From Paraspadella gotoi (lineage: Eukaryota; Animalia; Chaetognatha): a stretch of DNA of 64,000 bases. Positions 25,938 to 38,685 of the stretch are shown piece by piece. The first letter of the stretch is position 1. Each line of letters starts with the position of its first letter. A program made the position numbers and the translations under genes. Below the pieces are notes generated by a model. That model did no database searches. It was given only the letters and a program-made list of their open reading frames with translations, and was not told where the DNA came from. The stretch spans positions 11,361,865 through 11,425,864 of the forward strand of contig CM119267.1 of assembly GCA_051294375.1 (NCBI GenBank), in the 5' to 3' direction.

Positions 25938-26045
25938 GCTCTCTGTAAAGCAATTTCTCATCCGCCGACACGTTAAGCTCCTTTCCGCCATTTTATGACG
26001 GAATCATTTTTTTCTTGTTCTCGTTTCTTCGTTTCTTCGTTTTTC

Positions 26046-26104
<59 letters not shown>

Positions 26105-26177
26105 CTCTCTCCTCTCTCTCTCTCTCTCTCTCTTCTTTCCGTCGGGGGGCGCGCACGGTCGACTCGGAATCCGCCAG

Positions 26178-27505
26178 GACCAAGTCGGTCAACCCGGTCA
26201 TCGACCCATTGCGACCTCTGCCGACCCAGAAGCGCCCGCAGCCACCGTGAGATTTGCTTGGATGTAGGGGTTGTTTCCTTGTTATTGTTTTGGTTGTTGT
26301 TGTTGTTTATGGGGAAATCGTAAGATAAGCTAATAAAATGTTGTGACGCATGGTTTTCAAATTCGTCTGATTTTGACTGCTATTACCTGTTTTTTAAGTA
26401 ATCATGTCTGTCTTCGTTTGTTAACTGTTTGTGCATCCAATAGCTGACCAGCTTGCGAGGACGTTGAGAAAAATACTGGTGACGTTAATGAGTAATGAGT
26501 GATCACGATTAATAAATAATTTATTGATTAATCAAAAGTTAAGGTTTTCACAACTCTTTTATGTTTTTTTATTGACTCCCAGGGACAACGCAAACCAAGG
26601 AACGGCGCCCGATGAGTAAGCCACCATCCCCAAATTAAAATGTAGTCTAATACCAATAATACAACAACTTACAAAACAATCAAAACGACTCCAACAACCG
26701 CAACAACGACAGCAACGCAACGACCCATCACAACGACGTCTCCAAGCCTTCGTAACCTCCCATGAACCCGCTCTGCAGCCCGTTGGCGTCGCTGATTGCG
26801 GGCGTAAGCGTCGAAGCGATCGCCGACAAAGAAGCCACCTTCGTGGACGAGCGTCTCCAAGCGCTCAAGGAGGAAGAGGAGGAAAACAGCGACAGCACCG
26901 ACCTCTTCGAAGACGACGAGGACGACGTCGAGGACGAACTCATGATGGCGGCCGATCGCTTCAACGAGACTCTGGTCAACATCAAACTCGTTCTTGGGGA
27001 GAGAGTGAAGAAGGTGGGGGTCGATCGGACANNNNNNNNNNCAATCAATCAATCAATCAATCAATCTTTCAATCAATCATCAATACTATCAATCTATAAA
27101 CTTTTTAAACGGCAGCGTCTACTCGCACTGGAGAAATGGTCCGAAATGTTGAATAAGATTTATCCGCTGATTCATCAAGTCGGCGCTCATCATTTGGCCA
27201 AGAAGCTTGCTTGGCTCTGCTTGGAGGAGAACATGGCTCTCAACGTACCGGGTGACTAAAACTTTTTTTTATTAAATAATTTTTTTCTTTTAATAATAAA
27301 TAGCAGTTGGGTTTCATCTTTCGATTTAGAAGCAGTAGAAGGAGAAGGAACCAATGAAGAACGGAAGACTACCGTTAAAATCGGCGGCGTTGAGGGTAAG
27401 TTGAGATTGAAAGAAAGAAAGAAAGACAGAAAGAGAAAAAATAAAAGAGCAACGATTTTATCGATTTCTTCAGCAGCGACAACTGCCGAGAAATCCAAGA
27501 ACTGA
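26178..27505 (+). CDS. Chain of six small coding exons for an acidic protein segment; alternative C-terminus of the channel or a separate gene
   Basis: AG/GT-bounded, phase-compatible exons 26178-26246, 26583-26615, 26779-27013, 27116-27251, 27330-27395, 27474-27505 (TGA). They read TKSVNPVIDPLRPLPTQKRPQPP-DNANQGTAPD-DPLASLIAGVSVEAIADKEATF...EDDEDDVEDELMMAADRFNETLVNIKLVLGERVKK-RLLALEKWSEMLNKIY...-EAVEGEGTNEERKTTVKIGGVE-AATTAEKSKN*. The upstream link is unresolved. Confidence 0.5.
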
Positions 27506-28011
27506 ACATCAGAGTCTCAAGAGACTAACCTGTCGATCAGCGCCGGACCTTAAAAAATGTTCAGTCTCCTGACTTTAGTGATTCGTCGTCGTTTAATGTG
27601 TTATCGTAACTTATTCGTAGTCAATTAAAATGCATGTGGATCAAGTTTGTTTTATTTTAGGTGATTCTCAGTTTTTGTTGTTAGTTGTTATAGTCTGTAG
27701 TACAAAACTTATAAAAATAGTAATATTTTCAATTTTTCACACATAAATGCATAAGATTGATTAAGTGCATAAAAGCATATGATCGAAATAAAAATTTACA
27801 TCGACTACGAACCAAATGTAAAGTAGTATTCATGTATTTACCACGTCGTACAAAATTCGTTTCTTTCTGTCGTGAATTCGATCGCTTTTTATATGGACGA
27901 CGCCACAGAGGTTGCCAGTAACGATGCGCCCTCTTCGATTCTATCGCCGATGACGTCGCGGCGCTCGCGACGCCGCGCCACCTGAACCGAATACGAGCGA
28001 TCATTGCCAAA

Positions 28012-28051
<40 letters not shown>

Positions 28052-28634
28052 CTCGAGCCTTATAAAAACGTCATGATCGTCGTCGTCGTCGTCACCTGCT
28101 TCCCAAAGAACATCTGACGCGCAAAGAGAAAGTCTCTACTGGCGGCTGCGGCTTTCGGCTCCAACCCATTCGCCCATCACGTCCTCGTTCGCCGATTTCC
28201 TTTCGAGAGCGGCGGCGTTGTTGTTGTTGTTGTTGTGCTCAGTTTATGATAAATTCATTTTTTTTTGGCGGGCAATGTGCCCCCCCCCTTTTTTTGATAG
28301 AGCTACTTTTGCAGACCGCGTCGATTTTGAAAGGAATCTAGTCGATAACTTTAGCGATAATCGATGTTGGTAAACGTGAAAGTCATTTCGTTTCCTTCAC
28401 GAGTTCACAGTGAAAACCGAAAACGTAAGCGGCTCAAAATAAGAGAGTTGTGATCGTCGTCGTCGTCGTCGTCACTTGGCTCGACGTTACGAACGTGAAA
28501 ACGTTTTTGATTAAAAACCCAAAATAGGGAATGAATCAATGCAACCAGTGTCGTCATTGACTGAGAGGAATTCGGTATCATTTTTTCGTTTTGAGTGGTT
28601 TGATGGCGGTGGGAGAGAAGAGAGAGGAGAGAGA

Positions 28635-28675
<41 letters not shown>

Positions 28676-29146
28676 CTTATAATTGAGATGCCCACCTTTA
28701 AAAAGATCTCCGAACTACATGAAGAATTCAACATATTAAACTTTAATTTTAATTTTAACTTTAATTTTCACTTTAACTTTAATTTTAATTCCTTATCTTT
28801 CCAACATGACTAAAATTTTTATTCCGGGTTCGAGTCATAAATTTCTCCAATTGAACTTTGCGCGGAATTCCGCTCATCCCACGATTGAAATACCTTCACG
28901 CTATCGCTCTCACGTCACGAATTAAGATTTACCAGATCTCCACGATTCATCACGTTTCTCACAGAATTTCTCGTATTTGTTTTATTTTACAGTGGGGATA
29001 ATTTTCTCAGAAGTTAGACGGTTAGGCAATTTTCTTTCTTAGTATAGTTTTGAATTGAAGACAAACCTGCGCGAAATCGACTGGAAAAGAAATCCATTAA
29101 ACATACACACAGTGTCACACACACACACTCTCTCTCTGCTCAATCT

Positions 29147-29190
<44 letters not shown>

Positions 29191-29800
29191 TCTTTCTCTC
29201 TCTCTCTTCTCTCTTCTCTCTTCTCTCTCTCTCTCTCTCTCTCTCTCCTCTCTTCTCTCTCTCTCTCTCTCTCTCTCTCACTTTCTCTCTCTTCTCATTC
29301 TCGTTTTCTGCTGGCCTCGTCGTCAAATCCATTCCCGGCGACGAGATAAAAAGCTTCGATTTGCCTCTTACTCTTCGTCGTCGTCTTCGTCTTCGTCGTC
29401 GTCTTCGTCGTCGTCAATCTCGCCCAGCCCCAGTAAGAAAAAAAAAAGAGCGACCGTTTCCGAGCTCGATGACGTAATAATGGTCTTCGTCCCTTTCGTC
29501 ATCGTCTTCGTCGTCGTCGGCTTCGTCGTCGCCGCCGCTCAGAAATTTTACGACTTACCAATCTTCGTTTAAATATTGATTTAATAAAAAAAAAAAAACC
29601 AAAAAAAAAACTGAAAAATATTAATCCAATTTGTCATTCGGAAATGAAAGGCTTTTTCCCTCGCGAAGGTTAAAACCCCAACGCTTCGTGGAGAAATCCT
29701 CATTCAGCCTCGAGTCGTTCGACAGAATGAAGAGGGAAGATCTTTTTCTTGAAGGAAAAAAAAAGGAGGAGCCGTGACGAGAACTGTCGCGCACGCGAAT

Positions 29801-29831
<31 letters not shown>

Positions 29832-29996
29832 AAAAAAAGAAGAGTTAACGACCGAGAAAAATTCTCGAACGAAATCGAAAACAAAAATTCTAAACGTTGC
29901 TCCGTCTCTCTATCTCTGTCTCTCTCTATTTCGGACATTGACATACTTTTTGTCCACAGCAAAACGAGAACAACTCAACCAAAAAAGACTTTCGCC

Positions 29997-31583
29997 ATGA
30001 CTTCGCCGTCGCCCTCGTCGACGATCCCTTCCACCCTCGGTCCCTCGTCCGTCTCCACGTTCGGCACAACTTCCGCCTTCTCCACCGCCGCCTCCCTTTC
30101 CACAAACGCCACTTTCCTACCCACCAACGCCACCTTCCTACCCACCAACGCCACCTTATTACCCACCAACGCCTCTACCAACGCCTCCACCGGGTGCGAC
30201 GCCCTCGTCAATCACCACGACTTCACCGCCGGCAGCGTCGCCGCTTTTCTATCCATCCTCCCCAACGTGCTGCTGCTGCTGACGTTTCGGCTGGCGCGGC
30301 GCCGGGACAAGGCGGCGCCGATGGGCGTGGTTCACTTCAAGATCCTCGCTTTGCTAGACATCAGCTACGGAGTCGTCGACACGCTCGCCGACTTTCCCTT
30401 CAAAAAAGTTTTGGGGTAAAAGATGTCATGTGATGACGATGATGATAACGAGGATGATGGTGATGATGATGATTGTCATGATATTGGCTATCTGTCTATC
30501 TTTCTCACTCTCTGTCTCACTGTCTGTCTTTTTGAAGATCGTGATGAGGATTAAAACATTTTGAGTTACTTGAAATCTCCGCTCCCATATCTTACTTTGC
30601 CTATCGTTCTGGTATTTTCTTCCGGATATCCCGCTGCGCAACATTTTTTTATTTGCGGCTTGCCGCGACTCAATAAAATACGCTTACCGTCGATCTGACT
30701 TCAGTCTAGGTTAATCCATCTGTTTCTCTGTTTTTATCTTTCTATCTTTCTATCTTTCTATCTGAACATCATGGAAAGCGAACGCCTTTTTGAGCTCTTG
30801 CACTGCAACAATGAGAAAGCAACAGTGCAGAAAGAGCCGAAGGCGATCTCGCTGTTAATTTTTTCTCGCTCTATTGTATTAAAGAACATCAAATAATTCT
30901 CGAACCGTAACTTAAAGAAAGCTNNNNNNNNNNCTTCCGGATATCCCGCTGCGCAACATTTTTTTATTTGCGGCTTGCCGCGACTCAATAAAATACGCTT
31001 ACCGTCGATCTGATTTCAGTCTTCGTTAATCCATCTGTTTCTCTGTTTTTATTGCTATCTTTCTATCTTTCTATCTTTCTATCCGAACATCACGGAAAGC
31101 GAACGCCTTTTTGAGCTCTTGCGCTGCAACAATGAGAAAGCAACAATGCAGAAAGAGCCGAAGGCTATCTCGCTGTTAATTTTTTCTATCATTATTGTAA
31201 CAAAAGAACATCAAATAATTCTCGAACCGTAAGTTAAAGAAAGCTCAACTACTATTCGCCCTGTATCTTTTACGTAAAATACGTAGATGTAAAAAAAATG
31301 TATAACTCCAGCGGAGTTTAAACCTAAAGTCTAATTTCCCCAAGGAAATAATGATCGATTGGGCATAAAAACCATTTTTCTCAATAAACATCAGTCCGGT
31401 GTTATTCATGACCTGCCTCGACGGGTTTCTTCGTTAAAAGGCTCGCGACAGCAGAACCGTTTACACTGGTCTTCGAGGAGAAAACTTCAACTTAATTACA
31501 ATAATTGCGTTAAGGTTGGGGCTGGTTCAGAAAGAAAGAAAGAAAGAAAGAAGAAAGAAACAAAAGAAAGAAGAGAGGAGAGG

Positions 31584-31644
<61 letters not shown>

Positions 31645-34600
31645 AAGACGACCTTTTTTTCGACGCCGTCAAATCCTTTTTAAAAGTCTTCATTTTCATT
31701 GTTCGCGGTGGTCGCCGAGTCGGAAAGCTGGGTTTTGAAGGGGATTTAGGTCGCGTCCCCTGCCTGCGTCGCCTTGACCAAGGATTTTGGTTGCGAAACG
31801 GCCGAAAGAATTCGCACACGCTATTAATACTCGTAATCTTTAATAACCCGGCGATGACCAGTGTGTAAATTGAAAAAAATCGCTTTGAAAAGTTTTCAAA
31901 AACTGTTGTTGATCTGGCAATTTTAATAACTGTTTGAAGCTTCTGGCTTCTATGCGTAGCAACGTAGTACTTCTTTGAACGGCATGATCGATCTAGTATT
32001 AAACAATATTTATGTATAGTAATCGTATGAAAAGTTTGCAGCAAATGTTTACATCGGAATAAAATGAGTCAAAAAGCCCCAAATGTTTTGTTTATCTTCG
32101 CCCAGCTGCCGAAAGTGGAGCTGCTTCCGCGTTCGAGATTTCTTCGTGGATCTTCATGACACCGGCGACGGTCCGTCCGTCCTCGTGCTCAATCGATACT
32201 TCACGGCGTTTTCGCTATCATGACGGTCAAACGACTCTTGGCCTGGTCCAGCCAATTAAGTCGGGCAATTAGTTTTCTTTCAAAGGTGAATACGTTTGTT
32301 TTTTTTTTAAGTGCGCCGCGAGTACTCGCGGAGCAAACTGCGGTTCGGTCTGTCGGTCGGTATGTCTGTCAGTCGGGTCTGTCCCACTTACGTTAAAAAT
32401 GCTTATAATTCTATAGTTTGGTTTCTCAATTTGTTATGACAGAAAAAAGCTCCTAAATTATAAGAATAAAAAAGACGAAATTTTGATGTCATAAATACAC
32501 ACAGGCAAAAAAAAAAATATTTTTAATCATATCAATGTGATCAAGACAAATTATATTGTAAGAATAAAGTCAACTGCGGCGCAACACAATTGGAAATTAC
32601 CGTTCTTGTTTGTTATTTTTTTTTTTTTGCCCAAGAAATAAAACCAAATTGAATTTATGAGGCTTTTGACGGACATTGATTGATTTAAATTGAATCTCTC
32701 CATTAAATTTTTTACTGAGAATAAATTTGCTCTGGTCTCAAGTCGGCGAGTAAGAACGTAGCATTTTTAAATAAAAAAGTAAACACGTAGTTGAGTAAAT
32801 TAGAAAGTCTTAAAGCTTACTTTCCTCGCCATAACCACCCACTACAACAATACGCCCCTTACTCTCTCTAAAGCCAAAAACCAGCGAAAGCGGAGCGACG
32901 TCACCAGCGAGCTCAAATCCTCTCGGCCTCCTCCTCCCTTCTTCCTCCTCCTCGTCCTCGCCGTCATCTCGGCCAATGTGGAGACGACCGTCGACGCGGA
33001 TGTGCGACCTCGATCAGTGTGGTTAGCTTCGCCACCTTCAGCCTCTCCGCCACGACGTCTCCGTCACCATCGTCCTCCGAGGTGAGAAATTTTTTGTTTT
33101 TGTTGGCGTCGAATCGTGGGTTTTTTTTTTGTGTTTGTTTTTGTGTTTTTTGTTGTTTTTGTGTTTGTTTTTGTTGCGTTCGATCGGTTGGGAATATCGA
33201 ACTTTCTCTCTGGGAAATACTACAAGGGAGGTAATATGCTTTTTTTGAGACCTAAACCTTCAGTGCTTAACATCGCATGATAAAAAGGTTTAATGATCGG
33301 AGAAATAAAAAAGATTATATTTGAAAACTAGGCTGATTTTTTTTCTTTTTCGTTCGATATCGAAAATGTCTGGAAAATCCCAACAGCAACTCGTGTCATT
33401 GATGCTTTCGCATTTTGGGGAAGGATTTGGGCGAAATCAAGACAAATTATTGTATGTAGTCAATCTGTTTTTAATATCGCGGAGCGCAATGGCTACTAGA
33501 ATTTGACCAATTTAACACTGCAAAAAAATATAACCAGAGCTTAAAAATGTTTGACGGAAAACGTTAGTTAACAAACGTGGTAAAACATTTATATTCAGTT
33601 AAGAACTAAATTAATTAAAATTTGTTCCATTGTCCTCGAAATTAGGACTCGAAAATCGAACCGGAAGAAAACGGAGCAAGAAAAAAAAAATTTTTCGGTT
33701 GCCCAAGGTTTACGCGTTGCCCGGAAGTGGGCGTGGTCAAAGAGAAACGAGGGGAAAAAAAATTTCATCTTCGTCTGACAATTTTAATGACAAGAAATTA
33801 AACTCTGGGCGCAGAAGAAAGGAAGAGTCGAACAATAAAAAGTGGGCGAGACGTAGAGATAATACGGAAAGGCTTAAATTGTGCGAGCGAGAGAATTTCT
33901 CTTTTGGAAGAGACGCGAATATTAACGGATAAACCCGATAACGAAATTGGGGAAAAAAACCTTCCTTTCTCACTCGGCTCATTAAATGACATTCATGGTT
34001 GTTAATCTTGGATTGCCACTCTGTAACTCTCCATCGCTTATTCCTTCCAGGCGTTCTCATGTATCGGCGAACGCCTGTCTCAAGTCTCCAACGCGATCGG
34101 GCGCCGAGATGGAGCTTCTCGTCTACTCAATCGCCGTTTTTCCTTCGCCCGTTCCTCCACCGCCCCCTTTTTTTTTCGTGCTGTTCGGAGAGGCCGCTTC
34201 TCGGTTCCGCACGAATCCCATCACAGGTGAGGCTGGCGCCAAAATGGTCGCTGAAGGGATTTTGGGAAAATGAATCGACTTTCGTTGATTTGGTTGATTG
34301 ATTTGATTGATTGCTAAAGTTTATATTTATTTTTAGTTGAAAACTTTTCGGACGCATGTAGGTAGGACCAACCAAATTAAATAAAATTTATATCAAAATT
34401 AACCTCTAACTCAGTGATTATTAAAAAAAGAGAAAAAAACAATCAATCAAACGAAATAATTGCACAAAATCTTTTAAATTACAATTAAAAAGGTTAATAA
34501 AGTGGGATTTGTTTAAATTTAATAGTCAAGATATATATTAATAGTGAAAAGCCGAGTTTTTCAAATATTACAATTTTAAAATCTCCAGGCATCAACATAA

Positions 34601-34902
34601 CGGGCAACGTCCACGACATCTGCTTCTCCGTCAACTCGCGCCGTCAACTTCTTCCTCTTTCGTCGCCCGCCACTTCTTCCCTTCAAGCCGCACCTTCGTC
34701 GGTCTCCATCCGCGGATAATCGGCCGAGGACTTCCCCGCGCGCTTCATGAACACCGTGACGGCGCGACCGGAAGGAGGAAGGCGTGGCAGCGAGGAGCAA
34801 AGCACCTCATCGATCTAGTTGGAAAGAGGAGGACGGGGGAGACGAGCCTGGGGAACGGGATCGATCGAAGGGGAGGAAGAGAGGGTGGACGACTTGAAAT
34901 GA
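29997..34902 (+). CDS. Rhodopsin-like (class A) GPCR, peptide-receptor-like (FMRFamide/Srw-type); exons 2-5 of this copy carry indels
   Basis: Exons 29997-30415, 32106-32285, 32874-33081, 34051-34226, 34589-34902. The N-terminus is Ser/Thr-rich with NxS/T repeats. TM1 SVAAFLSILPNVLLLLTF; TM2 FKILALLDISYG (LAxxD); TM3 end FAIMTVKRLLALVQP (across frameshifts). TM6 LLVLLIAVSFAVLHAPFFVL and TM7 SVNSAVNFFLFVAANSSFKRTF read cleanly in the second copy at 58112-58935. Confidence 0.8.
30619..31245. repeat. ~305-bp direct duplication flanking the 10-N gap at 30924-30933 (two allelic versions)
   Basis: 30619-30923 and 30934-31245 both run CTTCCGGATATCCCGC...AAGAAAGCT with several substitutions. Confidence 0.85.
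32305..32610 (+). mobile_element. Non-autonomous Helentron-type element (HINE/DINE-1-like), family A, in GPCR intron
   Basis: T-run, GTGCGCC, hairpin CCGCGAG-TA-CTCGCGG, GTCGGTCTGTC microsatellite, GCGGCGCAAC, ending CTTGTT. Inverted homolog of 24448-24812. Confidence 0.6.
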
Positions 34903-35939
34903 GGTCTAGACGTGATTACCCGAGGGAGGGATTTCTTCTGTTGTTTCTTAATTTATCGATGCTAATTTTGTTTATTTTTTTAGATTTCTCTTCTTTACAT
35001 TATTTTTATTTCTATTTCGTACGATATCAAATCGCATTGATAATTATCATTTGATTTTCTTGGTATAAGAAAGAATGTTCAAGTCAAGATGCTGTCATTG
35101 CAGAATAGAAAACGCTAACGAGTTGCGTCTAGTATTGTTAAATGCGTGATTTGTCACTCGAGTACCAAACCAAAAGGCTGACAAATTTGCCCTCTATTTC
35201 TTTCGTCGGACCTTTCTATATTCCTTGCAAGAGTTTTTGCTTTTTAACGAAAAGTTTTGATTTTTGCCTAACAAGCTCAACACAACAAACAGAAAGGATT
35301 TTTTACAAGATGGTGTTTTATCCATATTATCATGACCACGCCTTTTGAATTCTAAAACAAAACGAAAAAATAGAAAATATTTTTTGTTCTTCACATTTAA
35401 GTCGTAGGCAGTCCGATCAATGGGAAAACTTGAATGCTTATTCAAAAGCCACAATTCCTTTGCCGCGATACGAACGGCGACCCCTCTGCCGCGAAACGAA
35501 CCGCGTCGCTCACGCCCGAGTTAGAGTTTGGCCCTCACCCGAAGAAGGGCGCCGCCTTCTCTCTGCCGCGACAGGGCGCCGTTTGTCTGATTGCGAAATT
35601 TTCTTCTTCGGCGCGGATTCGGATTTAATATCGTTCCTCATAAATTCATCAGACCTAGACGACGAGCTGAAATTCTCTCTCTCTCTCTCTCTCTCTCTCC
35701 ATATCTTTCTCTCTCTCCTTCTCTTCTCTCTTCTCTCTCTCTTCTCTCTCTCTCTCCTCTCTTCTCTCTCTCTCTCTCTCTCTCTGCTCACTTCTCTCAC
35801 GTTGGCTATTTCGTTTTCGACGGCTTAGCAGCAAGAATACGCAGTTTTCCGGCGAGAGATAAAAAGTGGAAAGGGGATTTAAGGTCAAGACTGAAGCGAA
35901 GCGTGGAGAGGTTGAGACAGAACAAGGGGAGACGAAAGG

Positions 35940-35970
<31 letters not shown>

Positions 35971-35977
35971 AAGGAGG

Positions 35978-36042
<65 letters not shown>

Positions 36043-36802
36043 AGAGAGTGGAATGCGACGAAAATCAGAAATGGATGGCGCAATTATAACGCTCAAGAGA
36101 TACAGGAAGGGAGATAAGAGGGAGTTTAGAGAAATATAGAAAGAAAAGAGAGAGAGAGCGAAGAGCGGGTGTGTCGAAACAGCTTTAACCTTTTTTTTTT
36201 CTTGTTTTGAGCATTCTGAATTTGTTCAGAGAGAGCTCCGTGTTAGGAACTCGGAATACTCGTTACCTGGCTCAAATCTCTGGCGCCATTGAAATATTTT
36301 TTTTTGTTTAACACTGTCTGTTTCGGAGTCCCCTCGTAACAATGTTTGTATGTATATAGTATGTATGTATGTAATGCATGTATGTTGGCATGCATGTATG
36401 TTTCCTACTACATGTTACTTTGTTCGCGTATCTTTTTTTTTCATCTTGAAAATCATTCTTGCGTCGCATCAGTCGATCCCAGCTTGAGCCTTGCCGGCGT
36501 TGACCAAATCAATCATTTAACCTAATGACAACTGAATGCCTCCTTACGAAAGTTTTAAGTGAGGTGATTCGTGATTAACTTTACGAGAAAATGGTGTAAT
36601 GATTAAACAGTATACTGAGATATCTCAGATATGAGACATGAGATCTCAATTAAATGAGATCTCATGAGATACATGACATGACGATGACATGACATAAATG
36701 AGATGACATGAGATCTCAATTAAATGAATTTTATTCAATCTAAATTTTAGACGGGGGTTTCCAAAATATGACGCCTAATGGCCTTATGCCTTAATGGCCT
36801 CG

Positions 36803-37008
36803 AATGGGGAAACACAACCACACAAGCGTTGTGTCTATTCACAGTCGTAACGAACTTCCCTCTGCGTTGGCAAAGGCGAGACGCATCTTAGGGTAAACTC
36901 CCCCAGTAAACAGGAAGGCGTTCACTGAGGGATCGGAATGCCCCCGCAAACCAACAGTGAGAAGCCCCATCCCAATGGCATCAACAAGCACTGCCGGTGT
37001 TGCCATTA
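36803..37008 (+). mobile_element. Structured dispersed repeat (copy of the 12922-13100 family)
   Basis: Aligns to the reverse complement of 12922-13100; indel-rich copy. Confidence 0.65.
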
Positions 37009-37751
37009 CGTTTTTTTCTGCGATGCAACTTCAGAGTTTCGCCGTGAAGTCGTCATTGCCTCGGCGGCGATACAATGACGAACCGCCGCGTCCGACGATA
37101 TATCTCAAGAGTCCGAGTTTCCCTGGAGAAAAAACAAACATAAGCCTCGAGGGCCGTGAGAAAAGTTTCGGTTCGAGTTTGAGTTCGAGGGTAAGGGCGA
37201 GTTTCATTCTTACGAATTATGTGAGGTGAGTTGGAGTTGAGACGGCCTTGAAGAAATAGATGAAATTTACGCATTGAATGGCTTTCAAATTGTAGATTAA
37301 TAGGGATTAACTGGACGCAAGTAATACGTTACTTAGTGGATTGAGAAAGAAGTTGGCGAGAGATAGAAGTAGTATTAAAGAATCGGGCTTGGGAAAAGGA
37401 GTGAGGAGAGAAAATAGAGACGCAGAGAAAAACCAGGGAAGAGAAGAAAAAAAAAGAGAGAATTCGAGCAGGAGTTTCATGTCCCTTATATGGCAAAAAA
37501 CAGAGAAAAAATTGGAAATGGCTATAATTATATTGTCCCGTGAAAACACTCAACTTTCGATTTATTTTTTATGCACGACGATAAATCCAATAATATTTAT
37601 TTAATTTATGACAAAAATAGCGAATTTAACCGTTTGTGTTCCTGTAAAAAGGCTACACTTATATCTTTTTAAACTTTAAAAAACTGAGAAATAAAATTGA
37701 TTTTGAAAAATTATTAATTTCCTAATTCTAACTCTAATTCTGCCAATTTTC

Positions 37752-38257
37752 TTTTTTTAGTTGGATCTGCGTATCGCTGATTCTGAACGGTCCACCCCAA
37801 AATCTTGTCGGTAATATCTTATTTAATCATATCAGAACATCGAATTATGATAAATTATGCATAAAATGTTGTCCGTCCGTCCGTTGTCTGTCTTGTCCGT
37901 CCGTCCGTCGGTCCGTCCGTCGTTCCCAAAATTACTCGTGATTGGATGGATGGATTGAATAAAATTTGTGTGGGGTAGTAAAGTGTATGATTAAGATGGA
38001 TATAAAGTTTCAATGGAATCGTGCAAGTGGAATGTGGTTAAAATTGCAAAAACAAAAGTGACATTTCACTTTTTTATACTTATAATTACTCATAATTATT
38101 TCTATTTATTCAGATTGCATAGATGAATTGAGACAAAATTTTGTGTGTGGGTAGAAAGTGTAATGAAGCTTTGCTATAAAGGAATAGAAATCGTGCTATG
38201 AAAATGAGTTTTAAATGAAAAAAACAAAAGTCACATTTACTTTGAATTTTATTAAAG

Positions 38258-38260
<3 letters not shown>
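37752..38260 (+). mobile_element. Second HINE/DINE-like element (family B) with (GTCC)n and two ~175-bp core repeats
   Basis: T-run start TTTTTTAGTTGG, a (GTCC)n tract at ~37870-37921, then two tandem units AAAATTT(T)GTGTG..GGGTAG...AATCGTGC...AAAAACAAAAGT.ACATTT. Confidence 0.5.
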
Positions 38261-38299
<39 letters not shown>

Positions 38300-38444
38300 C
38301 TTTCTCATAGATAAATCATTAATTAACTAATTGTTAAGTTAATTGACTGATTGATTTATATATTTTTAAATGGTTTATTAAAGGATCTGTGATGATTTAT
38401 AATCTAATGATCTGTTATAAAAAAAATTATTAAAAAATTAATTA

Positions 38445-38685
38445 GTTAACCAAATTATCAAAGTTGACAAATTACGACAGTTGACCCAATTTATGCCAAT
38501 TGACCGAATTATGGCCCAGTTTGACAAAATTAAGCCAGTTGACCAAATAAATACCAATTGACCAAATTAGGCAGTGACCGGCAAATTATGTCAGTTCACC
38601 AAATTATTCCAGTTGACCAAATCATGCAAATTGGCTAAATTATGCAGTTGACCAAATTAGGCAAGTTGACCAAATTCTGGCGAGT
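38445..38685. repeat. 18-bp minisatellite (consensus ~TTGACCAAATTATGCCAG), ~13 units
   Basis: Directly visible; cleaner copy at 62305-62545. Confidence 0.9.

Noticed and set aside
30545-30710. Candidate GPCR exon 2
   Set aside because: No clean open frame with suitable splice sites; the TM3-bearing exon is at 32106-32285 instead.
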